64,000 bases of DNA from Chitinophaga pinensis (GCA_945863965.1 CAMBBZ010000001.1:199-64198), one strand, 5' to 3'; counted from the stretch's first letter, positions 22,658 to 33,300 are shown. The notes: a model not told the origin generated them from the sequence alone. A program made the numbers and translations.

Positions 22658-23128
22658 TTAAGCTCTAAAATGTGAGAATGCTTTGTTGGCTTCAGCCATT
22701 TTATGGGTATCTTCTTTTTTCTTCACAGACGCACCTTCACTTTTCGAAGCGGCGATGATTTCTGCGGCCAATTTTTCAGGCATGCTCTTTTCGTTACGAC
22801 GGCGGGCATATCCGATTAACCATTTCATTCCTTGTGCTACTTTTCTCTTTTGGGGAATTTCGGTAGGAATCTGGAAAGTAGCACCTCCAACACGGCGGGC
22901 TTTAACTTCTACAGATGGCATAACATTGTTCATGGCTTTTCTCCATGTTTCAATTCCGGGCTCTTCGGTGATTTTTTTCTCAACGATATCGAGTGCGGTG
23001 TAAAAAATACTTAGTGACGTAGATTTCTTTCCGTCGTACATCATCCCGTTAACGAAACGTGTTACCATCACATCGTTGAACTTGGGATCGGGTGCGAGTA
23101 TGCGTTTTTTAGCGCGCGATTTTCTCAT
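22658..23128 (-). CDS. rpsG: 30S ribosomal protein S7
   Basis: RRVGGATFQIP, HKMAEANKAFSHFR. Confidence 0.98.
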   Translation of the reverse strand: MRKSRAKKRILAPDPKFNDVMVTRFVNGMMYDGKKSTSLSIFYTALDIVEKKITEEPGIETWRKAMNNVMPSVEVKARRVGGATFQIPTEIPQKRKVAQGMKWLIGYARRRNEKSMPEKLAAEIIAASKSEGASVKKKEDTHKMAEANKAFSHFRA

Positions 23129-23131
23129 GGT

Positions 23132-23512
23132 TTATTTTTTTGCTTTTGGCTTTTTAGTTCCGTACTTACTTCTACGCTGGTTACGACCGTCTACTCCTGC
23201 TGTGTCTAAGGCGCCACGAACAATATGGTAACGAACACCAGGTAAATCTTTTACCCTTCCACCACGCACCAACACGATGCTGTGCTCTTGAAGGTTATGA
23301 CCTTCTCCCGGAATATAAGCATTCACTTCTTTTCCGTTGGTCAAACGCACACGAGCCACTTTTCTCAAAGCCGAATTCGGCTTCTTAGGTGTCGTTGTGT
23401 ATACACGGGTACAAACCCCTCTTCTCTGAGGACATGAATCCAAAGCTGGAGACTTACTCTTAGTCTCGATTACTTTACGTCCCTTTCTAATTAACTGTTG
23501 AATAGTAGGCAT
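23132..23512 (-). CDS. rpsL: 30S ribosomal protein S12
   Basis: MPTIQQL (ATG 23512), [20 protein letters not shown]. Confidence 0.98.
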   Translation of the reverse strand: MPTIQQLIRKGRKVIETKSKSPALDSCPQRRGVCTRVYTTTPKKPNSALRKVARVRLTNGKEVNAYIPGEGHNLQEHSIVLVRGGRVKDLPGVRYHIVRGALDTAGVDGRNQRRSKYGTKKPKAKK

Positions 23513-23533
23513 ATTTTTTCCCAAAAAGGACGG

Positions 23534-23564
23534 CAAAATTACACTTATTTTTTATCAATATCAA
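23534..23564 (-). promoter_or_regulatory. Promoter of the str/S10/spc operon
   Basis: TTG (23564-23562), 20-nt spacer, TAATTTTG (23541-23534), upstream of rpsL. Confidence 0.75.
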
Positions 23565-23748
23565 CAGCATGCGAAAAAAAAATCGGTTTTTATCTTAAAC
23601 CGACGTTTTGCGATAACCAAAAACTGGCCGTTATGATCGCTTCCCCAGAATAAAAACACCTAATTCGTGCCGGTAACATGACTATATTTGTATAATCAAA
23701 GCAACCTTGACCGCAAACATACGTCTAATAAGTAAGCCTTTTACCGAT

Positions 23749-24912
23749 ATGAAATCATTTATCCCTCTATTTCACCCTGTTGGGTCTATTCGCACGTTTG
23801 TTTTTCTCTTATTATCGAGTGTTACGGCCTTACAAAGTCAAAATCCCGATGAATCCAAACCGGGTATTTATTACCGAGAGCGCGAACACAATTTTGGAGA
23901 GCTACAAGAAAACATCCATTTTGCCACCCACCGATTTGAGTTTGTTAACCGCACTCCCAAACCCGTAATTGTAAACAGGGTTGAATCGAGCTGCGGTTGT
24001 ACCGCTCCAAGTTGGAGCAGTGAGCCCGTGGCACCCGGAGAAAAAGGCTTTATAGAAGCCCGTTACGAAACCACCAATCGTTTGGGCAAATTCGACAAAA
24101 CCCTTACCGTTTACACCAATTCCCCACACACCCCTATTTCATACTTGGCCATCAAGGGTGATGTATTGCGACCTGTAGAGCCCAAAAGCAATTATATTCC
24201 CCCGGCTGTAGGCCGCCTCGACTTTGATAAATACCAAATCAGCTTTGAACCCCTGCTCGATAATCAAACCGCCATGAAAGAAATTAAAGTGGTCAATGCA
24301 TCGGCTTACAGTTCTATGTTGTATCTCGTGGCGCCTGAAAACATCCCTCCCTATGCTAAAATAACCTATCCGAAATCGTTAGAACCTAACGAAATTGGGA
24401 GAATCCAAATTTCTATTGATGGCAAGACCGCCCCAGGTTACGGATTTGGCAGTTTTGAAGTCGCCCTGCAATCCAACGCCCCAGGCTCTACGCTTACCTC
24501 CCTTCAAGTTAGTTACGTTAGGTCTCAGTACTTCCCCGAATTGAGCAAAAAGCAGCTTAAACGTGCTCCTAAGATGCTCATTGAGCCAGTTTCCTATGAC
24601 TTTGGACCTCAAACAGGATCCGGAGGGTTCCTAAATGGAAGTTTCATATTGAAAAACAGCGGAAAGGAGCCCCTTGAAATCAAACAAATAAATCCCGATT
24701 GTCCGTGCATAGCCGTGAATGACTTCCCCCGAACCATTGCATCGGGCAAGGAAGTAGAAATGAAATTCAAATTCGACACTGTTACCAAAACGGGTGCTAA
24801 AGGCATTGGTATACGCATAGTTACAAACGATCCCCGCGAGCCGGAGCGTTACATTTGGGTGAAAGCCCAATTCCCTGCGAAATATGAGTATAAATGTCCT
24901 ACTTGCCCGTAA
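23749..24912 (+). CDS. Exported DUF1573 (Ig-like) repeat protein
   Basis: Signal-peptide-like N-terminus, HNFG...F.F.N...SSCGCT...PGE.G.I repeat, a second DFG...DCPC repeat; upstream TATATTTG at 23683-23690. Confidence 0.8.
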   Translation: MKSFIPLFHPVGSIRTFVFLLLSSVTALQSQNPDESKPGIYYREREHNFGELQENIHFATHRFEFVNRTPKPVIVNRVESSCGCTAPSWSSEPVAPGEKGFIEARYETTNRLGKFDKTLTVYTNSPHTPISYLAIKGDVLRPVEPKSNYIPPAVGRLDFDKYQISFEPLLDNQTAMKEIKVVNASAYSSMLYLVAPENIPPYAKITYPKSLEPNEIGRIQISIDGKTAPGYGFGSFEVALQSNAPGSTLTSLQVSYVRSQYFPELSKKQLKRAPKMLIEPVSYDFGPQTGSGGFLNGSFILKNSGKEPLEIKQINPDCPCIAVNDFPRTIASGKEVEMKFKFDTVTKTGAKGIGIRIVTNDPREPERYIWVKAQFPAKYEYKCPTCP

Positions 24913-24924
24913 TGCTCCGTTAAA

Positions 24925-25638
24925 TTAACGGAGATTGTGGTATACGTTTTGCACGTCGTCGTCGCCTTCGAGGCGCTCCACAAGATCTAAAACTTCTTGG
25001 GCTTGCTCTTCGGTAAGGTCCACATACGAATTGGGAACGTACTGCAATTCGGCATTGGCAATGATACCCAGATCTTCCAATTGCTTTTGCATGAGTCCGA
25101 AATCGACAAAACTCGTGTACACGTAAATGTCTTCGTCGTCGATGGCAAAATCTTCTAATCCCGAGTCTATTAATTCGAATTCGAATTCGTCAAGATCTTC
25201 GTATGAAAGGGTATTTTTGGCAATTTTAAAAACGCCTTTGCGAGTAAAATTAAAGTCAAGCGAGCCGGTTTTCCCTAAAGCCCCGCCGCCTTTATTAAAG
25301 TGCATCCTTACGTTCGCAACGGTGCGGGTATTGTTGTCGGTTGCTGTTTCTACGACAACCCCGACGCCATGGGGCGCATATCCTTCGAAGCGTACTTCAT
25401 CGTAATTGCCTTCGGATTTACTAAGCGCTCTTTTGATTGCGGCCTCTACCCGATCCTTGGGCATATTTACCGCTTTGGAATTTTGAATGGCTACGCGTAA
25501 ACGGGGATTGTTATCTGGATTTTCGCCAGACATCTTCACGGCAATCGCGATTTCTTTTCCCAACTTCGTAAACTGCTTCGCCATTCGGTCAAAGCGGGCA
25601 AACATTTTATGTTTGCGTTTTTCAAACATCCTTCCCAT
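24925..25638 (-). CDS. yebC: YebC/PmpR family protein
   Basis: NPRLRVAI, NMPKDRVEAAI, TDNNTRT, LEGDDDVQNVYHN. Confidence 0.95.
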   Translation of the reverse strand: MGRMFEKRKHKMFARFDRMAKQFTKLGKEIAIAVKMSGENPDNNPRLRVAIQNSKAVNMPKDRVEAAIKRALSKSEGNYDEVRFEGYAPHGVGVVVETATDNNTRTVANVRMHFNKGGGALGKTGSLDFNFTRKGVFKIAKNTLSYEDLDEFEFELIDSGLEDFAIDDEDIYVYTSFVDFGLMQKQLEDLGIIANAELQYVPNSYVDLTEEQAQEVLDLVERLEGDDDVQNVYHNLR

Positions 25639-25732
25639 AGCTGCAAAAATATTGCTTTTTGAGATACGCGGAGTTTAATTTTTATAACCAACGGAACACC
25701 GAAGTGTTCGTTGCGTATAAAAATCGGGCTGT

Positions 25733-26695
25733 TTATTCAAAATTGGAGGGTACTTCCATCGCCGTTAATCCTTCTAACCTGCCGTTGGTTAAACGAACTT
25801 GATCGTTGAGGGCAATAAAACGTCGTAATAATTCGCTCAATTCAGTTCCATGCTCTTGGAGTATGGCCGGGATTAAACTTTTCCGGGGATGCATGTTGGG
25901 CATCGTGTTGATATCCAAAATGTACATGCTACCCATGTATTCACGAACATCGACTCTCGACATATAATGTAGTCCAAAGGTATTGTGCGACATTACAGCG
26001 GCGGCTTGGAGATCACGCAGCATTTCATCGGTTAACTGAGGATGAAAGTCGCGCTGGGTGGTACCAAAAGCACTTCCAGCAATGAATACATCGCGTGCAG
26101 GAAAAGGCACAATTTCTACAGGGGGCAATACTTCATACCCGTTGCCGTCTGCTTTGGGAATTACCCCCACTGAAAACTCACGTCCAATCAGGTACGGTTG
26201 TAGCAAAATATCGCTATCCAAACCCATTTCTAATCGCAATTTCGCCTCTTCGGCATCCATGATTTCGATACCTCTATGACAGCCTCCAAAACGGGGTTTT
26301 TGGATATAACTACCGGTGCTTATTGCGGAGGGTTGCACCAAAGAAATGGGAGTTCTAACGCCTTTTTCTAAGAGCAATTCTTCTACGGCTTTCTTATCTT
26401 GCGCTAAGAGTTGGGCTTCCCCACAACTGCTTAAATGATTGATTTCATTGGCATCTAACCAAGAAGCCACTTCTGCTTGGTTATAGTTTTCGAATCCGTA
26501 ACACAAATTCACCACATAATCGGCTTGACGCAACAGATCGGCCAACTCATCGCAGGGCTGCATCATGTGCACCACTAGGATCTCGTAATGCTCCTGCAGG
26601 GCGAGGGCAAACGAATGCACGGTATCGAAATCAATGTTTTCTTTCCAAGGGGTATACCGACTTTCGGCATACAGAATTGCAACGGTGGCTTTCAT
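25733..26695 (-). CDS. ATP-grasp ligase, D-Ala-D-Ala-ligase-like but divergent
   Basis: AQDK, GVRTP, KP, LLQPYLIGREFSVGV, SRVDVR and INTMP ATP-grasp motifs. Start set at ATG 26695, after TATATTTG (26713-26706). Confidence 0.8.
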   Translation of the reverse strand: MKATVAILYAESRYTPWKENIDFDTVHSFALALQEHYEILVVHMMQPCDELADLLRQADYVVNLCYGFENYNQAEVASWLDANEINHLSSCGEAQLLAQDKKAVEELLLEKGVRTPISLVQPSAISTGSYIQKPRFGGCHRGIEIMDAEEAKLRLEMGLDSDILLQPYLIGREFSVGVIPKADGNGYEVLPPVEIVPFPARDVFIAGSAFGTTQRDFHPQLTDEMLRDLQAAAVMSHNTFGLHYMSRVDVREYMGSMYILDINTMPNMHPRKSLIPAILQEHGTELSELLRRFIALNDQVRLTNGRLEGLTAMEVPSNFE

Positions 26696-26777
26696 AAAAG
26701 GGGCGCAAATATATCGCAACTTCGGGCGTATTTATTCGGGGGAAATTAAATTTACTTAAAGAATATGTTATACTTCT

Positions 26778-28127
26778 CTACAAAAGCGTGTTGGCTAGAT
26801 TGGCAAGGGCACTTCGCTCTCCTTTTTCTAGGGCTACATGGGCATACAACGACTGTCCTTTCATGCGGTCGATTAAAAAAGACAGCCCGTTTGATTCCGT
26901 ATCCAAATAAGGGGTATCAATTTGGTTAATATCGCCTGTAAATACGATTTTGGTCCCCTCACCTGCTCTGGAGATTATGGTTTTCACCTCTAATGGAGTT
27001 AAATTCTGAGATTCGTCTACGATGAATATGATGTTCGAAAAGCTACGACCGCGAATAAAGGCTAAAGGGGTCACCAATAATTTTTCATTCTCGACCATTT
27101 CCTTGATTCGTTGAAAGTCTTTTGAATTTTCCTTGAATTGGTTTTGAATTAATTTCAGATTATCCCAAAGTGGCTCCATGTAAGGTTGAACCTTCTGTTG
27201 GGCATCACCCGGCAAGTATCCAATATCTTTATTATTTAAAGGAACGATTGGGCGAGCCAAATAAATTTGAACAAACTCGTTTTTTTGAGCTAGCGCACAA
27301 GCCAAGGCCAATAATGTTTTTCCCGTACCTGCCACCCCCTGAATCGTTACCAATTGAACTGCAGGATTTAATAATGCGTGCATAGCAAAAGCTTGTTCTG
27401 CATTTTTGGGCTTAATTCCGAAAGCCAATTTCTTTTCTACTTTTTCGATGTGTTCAGATTCCGGATTATAATAGGCTAAAATAGAATTTTTTTCATTGCG
27501 CAGAATTATGTAGTGATTGGCAAGCGGTGCCGAAGGAAATACCCGCTGATACGGAATTGTATGTAATTTGTGCAATTCATCAATGACTTCCGAATCGTCT
27601 AATTCGACTTGGGTAATTCCGCGATACAATTTATCGACATCTTTAATTTTACCCGTTTGATAGTCTTCCGCAAATAAATTCAGACTCCGAGCTTTCAATC
27701 TGAGATTCGTATCCTTGGTAACGAGAATTACTTTTTTATCGGCATGTAGTTTTGACAAATGTAGGGCCGCATTCAGAATTAGGTGATCGGCTTTACGGTC
27801 ACCAAAAACTTTTGTTGCATCTAACTCATGGGGAAATCCGGTGTCCATTACGACCCGAAAAAATGAGTTTCTCGTCTTGTCGATACAAACCCAATCATTA
27901 AGTGCGTTTCCTTCTGAAAGGTTATCGATAAAACGAATAAACTGCCGTGCTTCAAAATTTATGGACTCATTGCCTTTTTTAAATTGGTCTAATTCCTCCA
28001 GAACCGTGATAGGTATTGCTACATCGTGTTCTTGGAAATTAGTAACCGCTTGATGATCAAATAAAATTACTGAGGTATCCAACACAAAAATCTTTTTTGG
28101 GTTCTTTGTACTTGCTTTTTTGACCAT
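26778..28127 (-). CDS. PIN domain-PhoH ATPase fusion (PhoH2/YlaK-like)
   Basis: N-terminal FVLDTSV...VLEELD PIN motif; GVAGTGKT Walker A, RPIVP, GYLPG, IRGRS, VDESQN, GDINQID. Confidence 0.93.
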   Translation of the reverse strand: MVKKASTKNPKKIFVLDTSVILFDHQAVTNFQEHDVAIPITVLEELDQFKKGNESINFEARQFIRFIDNLSEGNALNDWVCIDKTRNSFFRVVMDTGFPHELDATKVFGDRKADHLILNAALHLSKLHADKKVILVTKDTNLRLKARSLNLFAEDYQTGKIKDVDKLYRGITQVELDDSEVIDELHKLHTIPYQRVFPSAPLANHYIILRNEKNSILAYYNPESEHIEKVEKKLAFGIKPKNAEQAFAMHALLNPAVQLVTIQGVAGTGKTLLALACALAQKNEFVQIYLARPIVPLNNKDIGYLPGDAQQKVQPYMEPLWDNLKLIQNQFKENSKDFQRIKEMVENEKLLVTPLAFIRGRSFSNIIFIVDESQNLTPLEVKTIISRAGEGTKIVFTGDINQIDTPYLDTESNGLSFLIDRMKGQSLYAHVALEKGERSALANLANTLL

Positions 28128-28351
28128 AAATCAAATTTAATGAATCGATTTCAACCCACATAAAGCGATTGTTATCATAATGTTAGGATTCGAATATCCT
28201 CATTTTAATTAGGCATCACCTCAAAATCAAGGTGCTTAATATACGTGGTTTACGGCCTGAAAATCGGTATTGAATCGACGATGCAATCCTCGCCTTTGCA
28301 GATTGCAAAGCGAGTTAAATGCATTCGTAAATTTTTAACGAACTTTGCAAA

Positions 28352-29557
28352 ATGAATTCGGTATATATAGTAGATATTGTGCGCACAGCGGTTGGAAAAT
28401 TTGGCGGTACACTCGCATCGGTTAGACCTGATGATTTAGCGGGTATGGTTATAAAGGGACTCGTAGACCGCAACGCCGGCATTGATTGGTCCGACGTAGA
28501 CGATATAATCTTTGGCGCTGCCAACCAGGCCGGTGAAGACAATCGAAATGTGGCCCGTATGGCCTCATTGCTGGCTGGCTTACCTCTTAGCGTTCCGGGT
28601 TACACCGTAAATCGCTTATGTGCTTCAGGATTGCAATCTATGCAAAATGCATACATGGCTATAAAGAGCGGAGAGGCACACATGATTCTTGCGGGCGGTA
28701 CGGAAAGTATGACGCGTGCGCCATTCGTAATGGCCAAAGCCGAAAGCGCATTTTCACGCACCCCAGAAATTCACGATACCACTATTGGATGGAGATTTAC
28801 CAATCCAGGATTGTCTAAATTACACCATCCCTTTTCGATGGGAGAAACCGCAGAGAACGTAGCCGAAAAGTGGAATATCAGTCGTGAACGACAAGACCGT
28901 TTCGCCTTGTCCTCACAAGAAAAATGGCTTGCCGCTCAAGAAAAAGGGGCATTTAAAAATGAAATCATCCCCGTTGAAATTCCCCAAAGAAAAAAAGACC
29001 CTATCATTTTCAATACAGACGAACATCCCCGTTTAAGTTCTTTCGAAACCCTTGCTGAATTGAAACCTGCTTTCCGTGAAAATGGCACCGTTACGGCAGG
29101 AAACGCTTCGGGCATTAACGACGGGGCCGCTTGCGCCTTGTTGGTGAGTGAAGAAATGCTGAAACGATATCAATTAACCCCTATGGCGCGGATTGTAAGC
29201 TTCGGGGTTGCCGGTGTAGATCCTGCGTACATGGGCATTGGACCCGTGCCCGCTACTCAAAACGCGTTAAAGAAAGCCGGACTGACCATTCAAGACATGG
29301 ATATAATGGAATTGAACGAAGCCTTTGCCGCCCAGGTATTGGCGAGTATGGATGAATTAGGCGCTGATCCGAGCAAGGTGAACTTAAACGGCGGCAGTAT
29401 CGCTATAGGACACCCCTTGGGCGCCAGTGGCACCCGTATAACCGCTACCCTATTGCACCAAATGAAATCACAATCGCAGTACAAGTATGGTTTGGCTACC
29501 ATGTGTATCGGAGTAGGACAAGGATCTGCCATTATCTTCGAAAATCTGAATCGATAA
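28352..29557 (+). CDS. Acetyl-CoA C-acyltransferase (thiolase, PcaF/PaaJ-like)
   Basis: ANQAGEDNRNVARM, NRLCASG, NEAFA, GHPLGASG, MCIGVGQG. Confidence 0.95.
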   Translation: MNSVYIVDIVRTAVGKFGGTLASVRPDDLAGMVIKGLVDRNAGIDWSDVDDIIFGAANQAGEDNRNVARMASLLAGLPLSVPGYTVNRLCASGLQSMQNAYMAIKSGEAHMILAGGTESMTRAPFVMAKAESAFSRTPEIHDTTIGWRFTNPGLSKLHHPFSMGETAENVAEKWNISRERQDRFALSSQEKWLAAQEKGAFKNEIIPVEIPQRKKDPIIFNTDEHPRLSSFETLAELKPAFRENGTVTAGNASGINDGAACALLVSEEMLKRYQLTPMARIVSFGVAGVDPAYMGIGPVPATQNALKKAGLTIQDMDIMELNEAFAAQVLASMDELGADPSKVNLNGGSIAIGHPLGASGTRITATLLHQMKSQSQYKYGLATMCIGVGQGSAIIFENLNR

Positions 29558-30285
29558 TGTCGCGGTATCGTTTGGATTTGCAATTCGATGGCACCGATTT
29601 TCACGGATGGCAAATCCAACCCAGTGCCCACAGTGTGGAGGCCGAGGTTGAGAACGCCCTATTCACCTTGTTGCAAGTACCTATTGATTTAATTGGGTGC
29701 GGTCGCACCGATACCGGCGTACACGCCTCATTTTACACCGCTCATTTCGATACTGATTTACCCATCGACGCCATAAACCTGATGTATAAATTGCAAAAAA
29801 TACTTCCCCCAAGTATTGCAATTATCGCAATAGGTCCCGTAAGCAATGAATTTCACGCCCGATTTTCGGCCATTTCACGTTCCTATATCTACCGAATCAT
29901 CCACAATAAGGATCCTTTTAAAACCCGTTACGCCTATTTGTTTTTAGGGAAACTAGACCTTGATCTTATGAATGCATCTTGTAAAGACCTCATGGGAACA
30001 CATGAGTTCTCAGCATTTTGCAAAGGACAGCCTTCGACAGACCATTACAGATGTAATGTTAGCCAAGCCCATTGGAAACAGATAGAAAACGGATTGGAAT
30101 TTCACATCAGCGCCAACCGTTTTTTACGTAATATGGTTCGGGCTATTGTGGGCACCCAACTTGATATTGGAACAGGTAAAATGAACCTCGAAGAGCACCG
30201 AAAACTGATCGCCGAAGGACGTCGTTCAGATGCCGGCAAATCCGTACCGGCGCATGGCCTAACCCTTAGCGACGTAAATTATTAA
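29557..30285 (+). CDS. truA: tRNA pseudouridine(38-40) synthase
   Basis: FDGTDFHGWQIQ, CGRTDTGVHA, FHARFSA, FLRNMVR, PAHGL. Start ATG 29557 overlaps the thiolase TAA. Confidence 0.96.
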   Translation: MSRYRLDLQFDGTDFHGWQIQPSAHSVEAEVENALFTLLQVPIDLIGCGRTDTGVHASFYTAHFDTDLPIDAINLMYKLQKILPPSIAIIAIGPVSNEFHARFSAISRSYIYRIIHNKDPFKTRYAYLFLGKLDLDLMNASCKDLMGTHEFSAFCKGQPSTDHYRCNVSQAHWKQIENGLEFHISANRFLRNMVRAIVGTQLDIGTGKMNLEEHRKLIAEGRRSDAGKSVPAHGLTLSDVNY

Positions 30286-30363
30286 TCTACACCTGCAAGG
30301 TTCACATTCCGTCAAATCGGTACCGGCGCATGGCCTAACCCTTAGCGACGTAAACTATTAATC
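30237..30363 (+). repeat. Two 51-bp direct repeats (30237-30287 and 30313-30363) of the truA 3' end with a 25-bp spacer
   Basis: 49 of 51 positions identical; both copies encode KSVPAHGLTLSDVNY*. Confidence 0.95.
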
Positions 30364-33300
30364 GAGGCCGATTTTTCGCAAGAAACGATCCACCGTGCGC
30401 TCTCCCGTTGCAGATACCCCGAAATCTCTCGGTTTCACTTTGTTATTGGTATTGGCCATAATTTCGACCAATTGGTCATCGTTGCTATAAATATTAACCC
30501 GATACGATTGGATGAAGAAATACACTTTATTTACCCCATCGTCGAGATAGATATGCATTTTTTCCGCACCACGCTTGGATTCCATATAAATAGTGGCATT
30601 TATCGATTTGTTGATAGGGGTACCAAAAAGCGAAACCAACGATACCGTTCCATCAGAAAACATCCCACGGGCCTTGCTATCCCAACGGAATTTAGCATCG
30701 CTGAAAATGAAATTGTAATTGGTTTCGTCTTTGCCGCCCAATAAATTTAGGTTCCCTTTAATTTGGTTTCGCTGTTCTACATTTCGTAAAATATCGCGTC
30801 GTAAGTCCCCATCGTCGATTAATTGATGTAAATTTTCCTTAAAGAAATCGGTGTTTAAATCCACTTCGCCAATCCCTTCCCCCAAGAACATTTCGGTCAT
30901 CCGTTTCTTAAAATCGGGATGTAAGGGAAAATCCATCAGCATACTTAAATTAAACTGGAATGCCGAATCGCCCGACGCTAAATCGGCTGTGCCCGCCGCT
31001 CTGAACTTAACCTGCTCAGACTCAACGCCAAAGTCCATAGGACCTTCGGCATGAATACTGTGATCGGATTCGTTGAATTGAATGTAATTGCCGCGCAGTT
31101 CATTGCCTTTTAAGCGTTGTTTTGACCCGCTGAAAAAGCTCTGTTTTTCATGGTCCCAATATAAAATACCGGTGTCTTGGGTTACGTCATTGTCGGAAAG
31201 CCTGCGTTTCGTAGAATTAAACACCGGATAAATATGCGACGAATCTTTGGCCACGTGAAGTCCCACAAAGATCTTTGCACCGCTGGCATTTCGAGGTGGG
31301 TTCATCGGAATTATGACATCTAACGGATTCACATCTCCATCGAATTTACACCACGCGGATTCGCGCATAAAGTCAAATGTGTGCATGGTTTTAACCAAAC
31401 CGCGGAACCTAATTTCCCGTTGTGCGGATATGAGGTGTGACCTTCCCTTAAACGCTATTTTGGTGTCTAAGGTAAATCCATTGTCTTCTTCAATACTTCC
31501 AAAGGCGTGCAGTTTCTTCTCGGTTACAACGACCATACTGTCGAAGTGCACTTTTTGTTCTTTGCCCAGTTTGTTTACGTACTTATAATCTCCGCTGCCG
31601 CCAATGCCGTAACGACCATAAATCTTAGCCGTTACCTCTTTTATGGTATGGAACTTATCAATTCGATTGGCTATAATCGTGGCCTTTCTAACGGTATCCA
31701 TATTGGCTTCTTTGCGAATGAGAACCTTACCGTCGGCAAGAAATATCCGAGAATCGGCGAAATCTATATGGGGAATTTCAGACACTTTCAAGGTGTAATC
31801 GTTCATGTCGTACAACCCTTTACGCCCTTCAAAATGCAGCGAATCTTGCCGTTGATTTAAGCTTAGGAAATCCGGCGTTAAACCCGCCATAGTAGCACCT
31901 ACATTAGCCTCTATGGTTCTGGCATCCATTTTCCATATATAATCGCTCAAGTTGGTTTGGTACATATTAAAGGGAAACCGCGTGGGTTGTCCCGCTATAT
32001 TCGACCGAAAACTACCTGTTCTGGTTTGAAAGTTCATAGCCCCATTAATATTATCGGAAACAAAGGCCACTTTTGCCGTGTCGTGGGTATATATCTGCAA
32101 GGAAGCGGTTTGCGCTACGGATTGTTTGGGCTGCATGTGCATTTCAGCACTTCTAAATTCGGCTAAGTCCCATTTCAACAACCCATTACCCAATAATTTA
32201 CTAGGCGACTGTGTCGTGGTACCTGTAAATCCATGTCCAGGCTGAAACGTCCGGGTTGGCCATTTATCGGTGGTGATTTTATATTGATCTGCGTACGGAA
32301 TCCACTTTAGTCCTGCATCCTTTGCATGGGCTGCCGCATAACGCGGACTTTCGCTCAAGTCGTAGTTATTAATAGGTCCTAATGTGCTGTCGGGAAGCAT
32401 CAATATTCGAGTAAACTGCGTGAGCGATGTTTCATAATCGATTTTACCTGCCTGACCATAAAACCCTACTTCGCTCAAATTCATAGTCATATCGCCGTTT
32501 CCTTTCCCTTTGTACATTTTCAGGCCGCTCGGAGGGGTTTTCTTTACAAAACCGAGACTGTAATCGGGTTGGATGTATACGAAATGTCGGAAAACAGGGA
32601 ATATATCGGCGGAATAAAACGTACCATCGAATTTCAATCCATCGATTGTGAAGTTATCTAAACTATCGATTGTAAAAGGATCTACGGAAAACTTAAAGCT
32701 ATCTGCAATATATTGGCCCCCATGAATACTGGATTTATCATACAGAATATCGCCACCGCGGTTGGATTTAAAAATAGGATACTCGGGGTAATTTATGTTC
32801 CCCGATTTGTTATTGGGTTTATCAATAAACAGGGTACCTCCAATATTGCGAAATACAGATTTAATTGGCCTCAAGCGCACCCCCGACTCATCGGGAAAAA
32901 ACATGCGCATCGAATCAATTACTTCAAAATACACATCAAAATTAGTATAATTAAAGGTGAATTTCTCCCCAAAAAATTCGAATCGGCCGGCACTTACCTT
33001 TCCCCCAAATTCCAATTTTCGATTTTTAGTTAGCTTTACTTGTTGTTCTTTGGGAAGTACATAAACGGATTGTGAATCGGAAAAATTAAAGGCCGCAACC
33101 CCTTCAATGTTCATCTCATTGCTTAATAAATTAAGGGTGGCATTGGGCCTACCGGCAATAACACTAGAAAGCCGAATTACATCATAATCTTTGGCTTTTT
33201 TGTTCATTATAATGTAGTTGAACAGCTTTTCGGTTATGACCGCACTATCGGTCTCGAAATCATAGACAAGGAACCCTTGATCATGCAAATCGATAAAGGC

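Noticed and set aside
6707..23128. Many 60-120 aa plus-strand ORFs antisense to ribosomal genes (and similar ones elsewhere)
   Set aside because: They are shadow ORFs from codon bias of the real genes, with no recognisable motifs or promoters.
23132..23512. Possible streptomycin-resistance allele of rpsL
   Set aside because: Both key lysines are wild type (TPKKPN, RVKDLP).
28140..28340. Several short hairpins between phoH and the thiolase as a possible ncRNA or riboswitch
   Set aside because: The stems are short, match no family I recognise, and lie outside both predicted transcripts because each -7 box abuts its ATG.
30237..30363. Repeat-spacer-repeat as a mini CRISPR array
   Set aside because: The repeat is the coding 3' end of truA, is not palindromic, occurs only twice, and no cas genes are present.
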